From Bacteroidales bacterium (GTDB lineage Bacteria > Bacteroidota > Bacteroidia > Bacteroidales > P3), in the NCBI GenBank assembly GCA_016292015.1, contig JAEEZY010000019.1, positions 61,415 to 93,414 of the forward strand: a stretch of 32,000 nt of DNA. The letters are read 5' to 3'. The notes under the pieces were generated by a model. The model was not told the origin of the DNA and made no database searches. It was given only the letters and a program-made list of their open reading frames with translations. A program made the translations under genes and the position numbers. This document shows positions 16,557 through 25,366 of this stretch, in pieces; the stretch's first letter is position 1, and every line of letters begins with the position of its first letter.

Positions 16557-17557
16557 TAAAAGTATATATAAAAGCGATTTCATACAATCTACCTGAGAAC
16601 ATCCTTACCAATGAGATGATTGCAGAAGAATTCCCAGAGTGGACTGTTGAGAAAATAGACAAGAAAATTGGAATAAGGAAGCGTCACGTGACAGCAGATG
16701 GTGAAACGGCAAGTGACCTTGCTGTTGGGGCAGCAGAAAAACTCTTTACAGAAAACGGTTATGACCGCAATCAGATAGACTATCTGATATTTGTTACACA
16801 AAGCCCTGATTACCATCTGCCCACAAATGCTTGTACCATTCAAACACGCTTGGGATTATCAAATCGACTGACAGCCTTTGATGTCAATCTTGGTTGCAAT
16901 GGTTTTGTGGCAGGACTATCACTTGCTAAAGCAGTTATAGTTGCTGGTCAAGCAAAGAATGTGTTGCTGCTTACAGGTGAAACATACTCAAAGTACATGC
17001 ACGAGCGTGACAAGAGTAACCGTACTATTTTTGGAGATGGAGCGGCTGCTACGTTGGTAAGTACCGAGGGTATAGCAGAAGTAGGCGAGTTTGTGATAGG
17101 CACTGATGGCATTGGTGCTGAGAACCTAATAGTGAAGACAGGAGGTGCAAGACATCCACAACCTGCCGGTGACTTAAAGTATGACGATTTTGGAAATCCA
17201 CGTTCTTCAGATAACCTCTACATGGATGGCCCTGCCATTCTCAATTACTCTCTTGATAGCATTCCTCAGTTAGTTGCAGATGTGCTTGATAAGAATGGCG
17301 TTACGATGGAAGACATAGACCTTCATGTTTATCATCAGGCTAATACCTTCCTTGCCAATCTCGAACGCAGGAAATTAAGAATTCCTGCAGAAAGGTATTA
17401 TTGTAATATTGAGAACTTCGGTAATACCGTGTCCTCAACCATTCCTATAGCTCTCTGTGAAGCTGTAAAAGAAGGGCGTATTCAGAAAGGAACAAAAGTA
17501 TTATCGGTAGCCCAAGGTCTTGGATACACATGGGGCGGTATGGTATTGTTTTTCTAA
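16553..17557 (+). CDS. 3-oxoacyl-ACP synthase III (KAS III / FabH-like), copy 2
   Basis: Triad contexts NLGCNGF, YHQAN and FGNTVSSTIP. The start is uncertain: GTG 16553 (GTGA overlap, giving VIKVYIKAISY) or TTG 16526 as in the ORF track. Confidence 0.8.
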   Translation: MIKVYIKAISYNLPENILTNEMIAEEFPEWTVEKIDKKIGIRKRHVTADGETASDLAVGAAEKLFTENGYDRNQIDYLIFVTQSPDYHLPTNACTIQTRLGLSNRLTAFDVNLGCNGFVAGLSLAKAVIVAGQAKNVLLLTGETYSKYMHERDKSNRTIFGDGAAATLVSTEGIAEVGEFVIGTDGIGAENLIVKTGGARHPQPAGDLKYDDFGNPRSSDNLYMDGPAILNYSLDSIPQLVADVLDKNGVTMEDIDLHVYHQANTFLANLERRKLRIPAERYYCNIENFGNTVSSTIPIALCEAVKEGRIQKGTKVLSVAQGLGYTWGGMVLFF

Positions 17558-17571
17558 AATAAAATAGTTCA

Positions 17572-18321
17572 ATGAATCTAAATGGAAAGAAGTTCCTAAT
17601 AACAGGAGCGGCATCAGGATTAGGTAGAGCCACATCATTAATGCTATCCTCATACGGAGCAGAATTGTTACTTATAGACAGAAATGTAGAGGATTTAAGG
17701 CAGGTCGCACAAATGACGAGTGGTGTGGGAAATGCACTCGTTTGCGACTTGCTTACATGCGAGTGGGGGGTGGTAAAATCATGGATATTAGATAGATGTA
17801 AAGATGTGGGGCTCGATGGGTTTGTCCATTTTGCAGGTGTACCATGTACGGTACCCATTAAGCATCTTTCTGTTGAGAGATATGAGAAAGTCAATAAAGT
17901 GAACGTCTCTTCAATTATTGAAATGACCAAGATCTTTATCTCAAAGAATATATTGTCAAGAAATAATCCCAGCGTAGTATTAATATCTTCAGTTTCTGGT
18001 CTTGTGGGATTTACCCCCAATGTGGCGTATTCAATGACAAAAGGCGCAATAATCAGCATGACACGAGCATTAGCAATAGAACTTGCATCCAAAGGAATAA
18101 GGGTCAATTGTGTGGCACCAGGTTTTATCAAGACACCATTAATGGAACAGACAGCGGATATGCTTGGCGATGATTATGAAAGCAATCTATCTGCAATGCA
18201 TCCTTTAGGGCTAGGAACAACTGTCGATGTGGCAAATGCAGTGGCATTTCTTCTTTCCGACTATTCTAAATGGATTACTGGAGTTGTACTCCCTGTAGAT
18301 GGAGGATATACGGCACAATAA
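17572..18321 (+). CDS. SDR-family oxidoreductase (ketoreductase-like), copy 2
   Basis: 249 aa. Motifs TGAASGLGRA and YSMTKGA (Y-x3-K). Confidence 0.82.
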   Translation: MNLNGKKFLITGAASGLGRATSLMLSSYGAELLLIDRNVEDLRQVAQMTSGVGNALVCDLLTCEWGVVKSWILDRCKDVGLDGFVHFAGVPCTVPIKHLSVERYEKVNKVNVSSIIEMTKIFISKNILSRNNPSVVLISSVSGLVGFTPNVAYSMTKGAIISMTRALAIELASKGIRVNCVAPGFIKTPLMEQTADMLGDDYESNLSAMHPLGLGTTVDVANAVAFLLSDYSKWITGVVLPVDGGYTAQ

Positions 18322-18322
18322 A

Positions 18323-18958
18323 ATGATTAAAGTAGAAAGAGTAATAAATGAGTTGATGACTTCGAACTGCTATGTTGTATATGATGAAGATACCCTAAGG
18401 TGTCTCGTCATAGATCCTGCCAGTGAGAAGTCCCTTCGGGAGATAGAGTATATAGAAAAGAACGGATTGACGCTAGACTATATTCTCTTAACCCATGAGC
18501 ATACAGACCACACATGGGGTGTTAACGCTTTGCTTGGGAAATATCCTTCATCAAAGGTGATTTGCTCAGAACTATGCAAAGAGGCTTTGCCAAGAGAGGC
18601 TAAAGCCTATTTCCAATTCTATTATGATGACCCAGATTACATATACAATGTCGAACGGGTCGATGTTACTACAGAGGAATTGAATTGGCACATGGAGTGG
18701 GTAGGGCATAGCATTAAGTTTATCGCTACACCAGGTCATAGTCCCGGCTCTGTTTGCATAGCTATTGATACTATGGTTTTTGGAGGAGATACCCTGATGC
18801 CATTCAAGCCGTTTATCAAAAAACGTAATGGTGGGTCAGTTGAGCAGTTTCAGGAGAGCGTAAAGCAAATGGTAGAAGCCTTTCCAGCGGATACAATAGT
18901 ATATCCAGGACATGGAGAAAGTGGGCAAATGAAGGATTATAATAATAACATTAAATAA
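18323..18958 (+). CDS. MBL-fold metallo-hydrolase (glyoxalase II-like, candidate thioesterase)
   Basis: About 211 aa counted from the ATG at 18323. HxHxDH motif LTHEHTDHTWG, plus a later PGHSPGS and a distal PGHG. Confidence 0.8.
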   Translation: MIKVERVINELMTSNCYVVYDEDTLRCLVIDPASEKSLREIEYIEKNGLTLDYILLTHEHTDHTWGVNALLGKYPSSKVICSELCKEALPREAKAYFQFYYDDPDYIYNVERVDVTTEELNWHMEWVGHSIKFIATPGHSPGSVCIAIDTMVFGGDTLMPFKPFIKKRNGGSVEQFQESVKQMVEAFPADTIVYPGHGESGQMKDYNNNIK

Positions 18959-19002
18959 GTTTATATAAGGCAAATAGAACATTTAGTAGCCCGGCAGATA
19001 CT

Positions 19003-19273
19003 AGACGGAAGAATTTTTCTGATGATGAAATACAGAGCGTGTGGAAGAAGGCAAAAAAATGATAGTGAAAATCCCGCCGTATATAGACAGGACTATTCAG
19101 GTGCATGGATTAGGCGTGACAAATCCGGAAATACAGAATCCACACTCGGCTGGGAGATAGACCATCGCAAACCAGTTGATAAAAACTGATCTGATGATTT
19201 GTCAAATATAGACCATCTCCAATGGAACAATAATCGTACACAGAGTGACGATTGCCCCCAATGGAAAACCTAG
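19003..19273 (+). pseudogene. Small HNH-endonuclease-family pseudogene
   Basis: Frame A reads RRKNFSDDEIQSVWKKAKK, then runs into stops at the A-run near 19053-19060. A shifted frame reads ENPAVYRQDYSGAWIRRDKSGNTESTLGWEIDHRKPVDKN*SDDLSNIDHLQWNNNRTQSDDCPQW. The GWEIDH ... SDDLSN ... N-N-N layout is the HNH core. There is at least one frameshift plus an internal TGA. Confidence 0.6.
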
Positions 19274-19382
19274 AAGAAGGTCGGTCAAAGTTTGACAGGC
19301 GACATTACAATGTGGAGCAAGAATAGGTGTGGGAAACTGACTAGTGGTTAATGTGGAATAAGGAGGAAAAGAAATTAGAATA

Positions 19383-20837
19383 ATGGCAGAAGGAAGCTTA
19401 AAAGATAAGACTGTTAAAGGGACATTCTGGAGTGCAACGGATGCGGCATTTAGGTATGGTGTAACTTTTGTGGTAGGGATTGTTCTTGCACGTCTGCTTA
19501 CTCCGGAAGATTATGGACTGTTAGGAATCCTGACTATCTTCATATCCCTGTTTAACGTAATTGTTGACGGTGGTTTCACTAATGCCATTATTAGGAAACA
19601 GAATGCGTCAGATGAGGACTACTGCACGGCATTCTATACAAATCTGGTCGTTTCGATATTCCTTTCGGTACTTCTTTTTTTTTGTGCGAAGCCGATTGCG
19701 ATACTCTTTGAACGTCCAGAACTGGTGGCATTAACCAGAGCAGTTTCTCCTGTGGTGGTAATAAATGCGCTGGCCATAGTGCAAAAAGCAAGACTTACCA
19801 AACGGATAGATTTTAAGACACAGACCATAATCACCATCATTACTGCTACAACGAGTGGAGTGATTGGTATCGGTATGGCATTGGCAGGTTGTGGTGTATG
19901 GGCTTTGGTTGGACAGCAGATATCAAACTATGTATTAAATGCAGGTCTATTATGGTTTTTCAACAAGTGGTATCCCAAACTGGTTTTCAGCTGGAAGAGT
20001 TTCAAAGACCTTTGGTCGTTTGGCTGGAAATTGCTTGCTAGTGGGGTCCTCGGTGCATTAACCGATGAACTGAATCAGGCTGTGATAGGAAAATCTTTTT
20101 CACCTCAATCGTTGGGGCAGTTTACACGGGCTCGACAGTTTGCAAACCTGCTTTCCCATAATGTTACAACGATTGTTCAGCGGGTTAGCTTCCCCGTACT
20201 TAGTGCTATTCAGGATGATAAGCAGAGATTGAAGTCTGGATACAAGCGCGTGATAAAAACAACTATGCTGCCAACATTTATCTCCATGCTTATGTTGGCA
20301 GCTATTTCGAGACCGTTAATACTAACATTAATAGGTGCCAAGTGGGAGATGGCAACAACGATTCTGCCTATTTTGTGCTTTAGCCTGATGCTGCACCCCC
20401 TGCATGCGCTTAATCTGAATGCAATACAGGTATGTGGAAGAAGTGATTTGACATTAAAACTTAAAATAATTAAAACCATCCTTGCGTTAATACCGATAGG
20501 CTTGGGTATTTATTTTAATGATATATTCTGGTTGCTTTGGGGTGAAGTGGTAACAAGCTATTTCTGCTATTATTTGAATGCTTATTATTCCAAGGATCTT
20601 ATTAATTATCCTATTATGGAACAGCTGAAAGACGTGACACCGTCACTCCTTGTCGCATTGGCCATTGCAGTACCAGTCTATCTGTTAAATTTTATTCCAA
20701 TTTCCTTTTATTTAGTGCTTCTACTGCAACTGTTAGTAGGATGTGGCTTGACAATATTTATTAATGAAAGAGTATTGTTGCCGGAGTATATCGAAATTAA
20801 GGGAATTATCATGAAGTTCTTTAAGAAAAAGGAGTAG
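19383..20837 (+). CDS. wzx: Wzx-type polysaccharide flippase (MOP/PST family)
   Basis: 484 aa and polytopic. The N-terminus KGTFWSATDAAFRYGVTFVVGIVLARLLTPEDYGLLG is typical of PST-family flippases. Confidence 0.85.
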   Translation: MAEGSLKDKTVKGTFWSATDAAFRYGVTFVVGIVLARLLTPEDYGLLGILTIFISLFNVIVDGGFTNAIIRKQNASDEDYCTAFYTNLVVSIFLSVLLFFCAKPIAILFERPELVALTRAVSPVVVINALAIVQKARLTKRIDFKTQTIITIITATTSGVIGIGMALAGCGVWALVGQQISNYVLNAGLLWFFNKWYPKLVFSWKSFKDLWSFGWKLLASGVLGALTDELNQAVIGKSFSPQSLGQFTRARQFANLLSHNVTTIVQRVSFPVLSAIQDDKQRLKSGYKRVIKTTMLPTFISMLMLAAISRPLILTLIGAKWEMATTILPILCFSLMLHPLHALNLNAIQVCGRSDLTLKLKIIKTILALIPIGLGIYFNDIFWLLWGEVVTSYFCYYLNAYYSKDLINYPIMEQLKDVTPSLLVALAIAVPVYLLNFIPISFYLVLLLQLLVGCGLTIFINERVLLPEYIEIKGIIMKFFKKKE

Positions 20838-20853
20838 TTATTACGTAACGAGT

Positions 20854-22143
20854 ATGAGAGAAAACAGTACAGTACATATAATAGAGGGTAATAGGATAAG
20901 ACCTGGAGTATGGCCAAATATGATTTGCACCATGGCTCTGGTTGCAATAGGTTGTACACCATATTTGGGGTATAATATATCGAATGCACTCAAGTTGATA
21001 CTTTTTCTGATATGGTGCTTGTCTACGTTGACATTACATCCCTTTACAGGAAAAGAGATGGGATTTAAAATAATAATATGGATTCTTGTTTTTTTTATTG
21101 TGCAATTATTGTACAGTATTGTCGGTATTTCACGCGAACTAGTTTACTTCCTGGCCCGTTGCCATGTATATGTGATACCGGTGGCTCTGGTGTATATAGT
21201 AAATTATTACAATTCAAAGGAAATAAAATTGCTTTGGTCATTTTCCCTTCTGTTGCTTTTCGTAAATCTGATAAGTAATATAGAAATAGGTTTGACACAG
21301 GGAGTATTCGCATTCCGTGTAACAGAAGATACGGTGAATACAAATGCGGGAAATACAGTATTTGTAGTGGAATGTATGCTTTTAATACCTACTTTATGGA
21401 TTTTGGTTAGTAATAATAAACGCAAAGCTATACGATTGTTTTCGTTGGTGTTTATTCCTGCTTTGTTTTATTATATTTTGTTTTTAAACACTCGTGCGAC
21501 ATCAATAATTGTTTTATCTTTAATTATTGGGGGATTTGTTTTGGTGGAAACAGATAAGAATAATAAGATGAAGAAAGGCAAACTTTTCTTTGGTATGTTA
21601 CTAATTGTAGCCGTCATTCTAATTCTGTTTAATCCCATTATTGAACTTGTATCCTCTTTTTTGGGTGACAATATGAGAATGATGTCACGAATAGAGGACT
21701 TGTCGACGGTGGTAAATCAAGGCGATGTTGGACAATTGGATGAGGGTAGCTTATATACACGAAGTATGCTTTGGGGAGCAAGCATAAGCACTTTTTTCAG
21801 TTCAGTGCCACATTTTTTATTTGGGGTAGGAGAGTCTGTGATTGAGACAGATTTTTACAGTTTGCTACAACATGGCGTTAGCAATCATTCTGAATTTTTT
21901 GATCTTGCAGCGCGGTATGGTGTGATGGGGATTGTAATGTATTACTTTATCATTAAATACTCATATTCTTTCATCAATAGTCTAACTGTCGATGAAAAAA
22001 TAAAAAAATTTTTATTCATTATTTTTTTGGGCGTAATGTTATTTGGATTTGTGAACAATCTTTCAAAAAGTCTGAATATATTTATTGTTATTTATCTTAT
22101 TACGCCATTGACAATAGTACTGATTAATCAAAATAAAATATAG
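20854..22143 (+). CDS. wzy: Wzy-type O-antigen/capsule polymerase (O-antigen ligase-like, Wzy_C domain)
   Basis: 429 aa, very AT-rich and multi-pass hydrophobic. The loop GVGESV...GVSNHSEFFDLAARYGVMG resembles the Wzy_C H-x-x-(Y/F)-L...G-G signature. The true start may be an internal Met. Confidence 0.7.
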   Translation: MRENSTVHIIEGNRIRPGVWPNMICTMALVAIGCTPYLGYNISNALKLILFLIWCLSTLTLHPFTGKEMGFKIIIWILVFFIVQLLYSIVGISRELVYFLARCHVYVIPVALVYIVNYYNSKEIKLLWSFSLLLLFVNLISNIEIGLTQGVFAFRVTEDTVNTNAGNTVFVVECMLLIPTLWILVSNNKRKAIRLFSLVFIPALFYYILFLNTRATSIIVLSLIIGGFVLVETDKNNKMKKGKLFFGMLLIVAVILILFNPIIELVSSFLGDNMRMMSRIEDLSTVVNQGDVGQLDEGSLYTRSMLWGASISTFFSSVPHFLFGVGESVIETDFYSLLQHGVSNHSEFFDLAARYGVMGIVMYYFIIKYSYSFINSLTVDEKIKKFLFIIFLGVMLFGFVNNLSKSLNIFIVIYLITPLTIVLINQNKI

Positions 22144-22144
22144 T

Positions 22145-23029
22145 ATGTTCAAAAATATATATAACAGTTCTGCCTTTCTACAATGGATGTTCAGAAAGTC
22201 GTTTCTTTCCAGGGCGCTTCATAAGATATATCAATATTATGAATACATATCATTGAATCGACTGACAAAAAAGCAGGCAAAAGATGTTTCAAAACGTGCC
22301 AATGGCTACGATGACCCACGATATGCCAAATTAAAAGAACTTAAAGGGAAATATGCAGGGAAAAGATGCTTCATCACCTGTACTGGTCCAAGCCTTACGA
22401 TTAAAGACCTTGAGAAACTGAATGGTGAATATGTTTTTGGCATGAATTCCATCTGTTTGATTCATGATAAGACCGACTGGAAACCAGATTTTTTTGGAAT
22501 TCAAGATGTGAAGGTGTATGAAAAAGTGAAAGATAAGATGTTGGCTACGGACAACGGTCAAGTATTCGCTCCATACGCCTATTATGAACAGATGAATACG
22601 CCTGAGAACTGGATATATTTCCCCATGAGCTGGGCATATCATATATATGATAAGAAATATAAGGAAAAATATTTCGCAAAATTCAGCGGTGATTGCTATG
22701 AGACTGTTTACGATGGCTTTACCATTACTTATAGTATTATGCAGTTGGCATTCTATCTGGGCTTTGATGAATTATATCTGATAGGCGCAGATTGCACATA
22801 TTTGGGGCAGCAACAGCATTTTATTGAAACTGGGCATATGGTGTCCCAGAAAGACTCAGCCAAGGTGCAAGACAAGATGTTTGCTGTATATCATGAAGCC
22901 AAGGCCTATGCTGAAGCTCACGGATTGAAGATATACAATGCTACCAGGGGCGGTTTTCTTGAGATTTTCCAACGTGTTTCTCTTGAAGAGGTATTGTCTG
23001 ACAACCAAAAGAATAAGAATAGTTTATGA
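22145..23029 (+). CDS. MptE-like / DUF115 protein (Maf-like putative CMP-sugar-dependent glycosyltransferase)
   Basis: 294 aa. RCFITCTGPSL and ELYLIGADCTY follow the DUF115 layout. This is a family-level call made by eye only. Confidence 0.5.
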   Translation: MFKNIYNSSAFLQWMFRKSFLSRALHKIYQYYEYISLNRLTKKQAKDVSKRANGYDDPRYAKLKELKGKYAGKRCFITCTGPSLTIKDLEKLNGEYVFGMNSICLIHDKTDWKPDFFGIQDVKVYEKVKDKMLATDNGQVFAPYAYYEQMNTPENWIYFPMSWAYHIYDKKYKEKYFAKFSGDCYETVYDGFTITYSIMQLAFYLGFDELYLIGADCTYLGQQQHFIETGHMVSQKDSAKVQDKMFAVYHEAKAYAEAHGLKIYNATRGGFLEIFQRVSLEEVLSDNQKNKNSL

Positions 23030-23042
23030 TAGATTTTGAAAG

Positions 23043-24197
23043 ATGAGAATAATTCGTTTTTTACATGTAGTTAAGGATGATAAGTTCACCGCCCCAGTAA
23101 AAAAAAGTTTCGATAACGATGCGATGATAGCATCAGAATACATACATTATTGCTGGCGTAAACATCTCAAGTATTTGGATAAAGAGCCGTATGTTTCTTT
23201 ATATTACAAATCAAAGGATTTCAAAAAACGTCTACAGAAAAATGATTATGATGTGCTATATCTTCATTCGCTACATTTCTCTGTTATGCGTTTTCTGAAG
23301 TATGTACCTTCGGACAAGATTGTAATATGGTGGGCCTGGGGCGGAGATATATATGATGGACAGTTGCTAGGCCTTAAATCATATGTTCATATTGATACTT
23401 TGAAACCAATTACCAAGAAAGTAATTATTGGCGGTATCTCAAGTAGGCGAATTAAAAATTTGTTAACAGGACTATTGTTTTCCATTCCGTTTACATACTA
23501 TAGGAAGCAGGCATTGAAGCGAATTGATTACTTTCAGCCAGTTATTGATGTTGATTATGCTTTAATGAAGAGATTCACAAAGTTTAACGTACAAGAATAT
23601 TATCCAAATAATTGGTCAAATTTCTATACCGGCACAGAAAAATGTGAAGAAAAAGATCCCAGGGGGGCTATACTACTAGGTAATTCAGCCGCTCCGGCAA
23701 ATAATCATTTAGATGCATGGGAGTTTATTAAGAAAGAAGTATCTTCAGATAGACTTGTTATACTTCCATTGAGCTATGGAGCGATGGATTATGCCCGTAA
23801 GGTAAAGGAGGAAATAAATGACAAAAAACACAATACACGCTTCTTGGACACTTTTATACCGTTTGAAGAATATTATAAATTAATCGGACAATGTTCTTAT
23901 GCTGTCTATGGTTCAATACGACAGCATGCGATGGGTAATATTTATAATGCCTTACGCAACGGATTGAAGGTTTTCCTTTTTAAAGATTCATATATTTTTC
24001 AATACCTGGTCCAAAAGGGATTTGTCGTTTTTGCTATTGATGATGTTAATGCAGAGAGTTTTAACAAACCTCTTTCCCGTGAAGAGCATATGAAAAATTT
24101 GGATGCCATGAAGTGTGAGATTATGGAAAACAGGGAAAAAGCAAAAAGTGCGATGGATAGTATAATAAGACGAGTTGAAAATAATACGATATTATAA
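23043..24197 (+). CDS. GT56-family glycosyltransferase, WecF-like (dTDP-4-acylamido-4,6-dideoxygalactose transferase)
   Basis: 384 aa. Collinear with E. coli WecF as I recall it: WWAWGGDIY vs WHIWGADLY, ILLGNSAAPANNH vs ILVGNSGDRSNEH, ILPLSYG vs VVPMGYP, and a C-terminal QCSYAVYGSIRQHAMGN block. Confidence 0.6.
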   Translation: MRIIRFLHVVKDDKFTAPVKKSFDNDAMIASEYIHYCWRKHLKYLDKEPYVSLYYKSKDFKKRLQKNDYDVLYLHSLHFSVMRFLKYVPSDKIVIWWAWGGDIYDGQLLGLKSYVHIDTLKPITKKVIIGGISSRRIKNLLTGLLFSIPFTYYRKQALKRIDYFQPVIDVDYALMKRFTKFNVQEYYPNNWSNFYTGTEKCEEKDPRGAILLGNSAAPANNHLDAWEFIKKEVSSDRLVILPLSYGAMDYARKVKEEINDKKHNTRFLDTFIPFEEYYKLIGQCSYAVYGSIRQHAMGNIYNALRNGLKVFLFKDSYIFQYLVQKGFVVFAIDDVNAESFNKPLSREEHMKNLDAMKCEIMENREKAKSAMDSIIRRVENNTIL

Positions 24198-24206
24198 TTG
24201 TACCCA

Positions 24207-25274
24207 ATGAAAGTATTATTTTTAGAAAGAGTTATCCTCAACTATAGAGTGCCATTTTACAACGCATTAAGTGAGTTTGTTGATGTTACTGTGGCGCACT
24301 ATATGGAAGACAAAACCAATGATGCTGATTGCAAGTTTAAAAAAATAAAGGTTGAGTCAATAAGGTTCGGTCCCTTTCATTTTCAGAAAGGAGTAAGAGG
24401 ATTGGCCGAACAATATGATGTTGTTTCTATAACATCCAATATCCATGCTATCGGTTATATCAGGCTTCCTTTCAAAAAACGTTCTTTTAAGTTGATTACA
24501 TGGGGTATTGGTTTTAGGGTATCCCATTCTCATCCATACCACGTTTACAGATCACACAACATCCTTGATAAAATTATGTTAAGGGTATTGTCAAAGGGGG
24601 ATGCAAATGTTTTTTATATGTCGGAGGCCAAAAAGTTTTGGGAAAAGACGACGTTAAATATGGATAAGGTGTTCATTGCTCCGAACACGGTTGAAGTAGC
24701 AGATGTGCATTTTGATCATAAAAAGAAGAAGAATATAATATTTGTTGGTACACTCTATAGAGGTAAAGGCGTTGATTGCCTTTTGAAATGTTTTCGCGAA
24801 GCAATAGACATAGTTAATAATAGTGTACACGTTGACATCATAGGTGATGGCCCATGTAGGCAGGAACTTGAAGAGTTAACTAATCAACTCAAACTGAATG
24901 ATAATGTAACTTTTCATGGTGCCATATATGACATCCAGCAGTTGACTGATTTCTATTCAAAAGCCATACTTTGCATTTCCCCTTATCAGGCAGGTCTTAC
25001 TGTTTGTACAAGCATGGGCAATGGTGTCACTTTTGTAACAAGAAAGGATGCCATAACAGGAGGAGAATTATACCATATTACCAATGGGGAAAATGGAATT
25101 ATATTCGAGAGAGACGAGGAACTGATAGAAATAATCAAAGATGTAATAACCAATCCTTCAAAGTATATAGAAATGGGGATTAAAGCAAAAGAATACTATG
25201 ATACCCATGCAACAATTAACCACATGGTTAATGGATTCTTATCTGCAATAGAGTACGTTAATAAAATAAAATGA
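24207..25274 (+). CDS. Glycosyltransferase family 4 (GT-B fold)
   Basis: About 355 aa counted from the ATG at 24207. The segment FVGTLYRGKGVDCLL ... IIGDGPCRQELEEL ... is typical of the GT4 C-terminal domain. Confidence 0.75.
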   Translation: MKVLFLERVILNYRVPFYNALSEFVDVTVAHYMEDKTNDADCKFKKIKVESIRFGPFHFQKGVRGLAEQYDVVSITSNIHAIGYIRLPFKKRSFKLITWGIGFRVSHSHPYHVYRSHNILDKIMLRVLSKGDANVFYMSEAKKFWEKTTLNMDKVFIAPNTVEVADVHFDHKKKKNIIFVGTLYRGKGVDCLLKCFREAIDIVNNSVHVDIIGDGPCRQELEELTNQLKLNDNVTFHGAIYDIQQLTDFYSKAILCISPYQAGLTVCTSMGNGVTFVTRKDAITGGELYHITNGENGIIFERDEELIEIIKDVITNPSKYIEMGIKAKEYYDTHATINHMVNGFLSAIEYVNKIK

Positions 25275-25366
25275 ATGAGGATCATTGTTTATTAACACAC
25301 ACCATTTCCCATTTTTAGAGAATACTAATGTAGTAGTATTACGTAAAATATTGAGAATAAAATATA

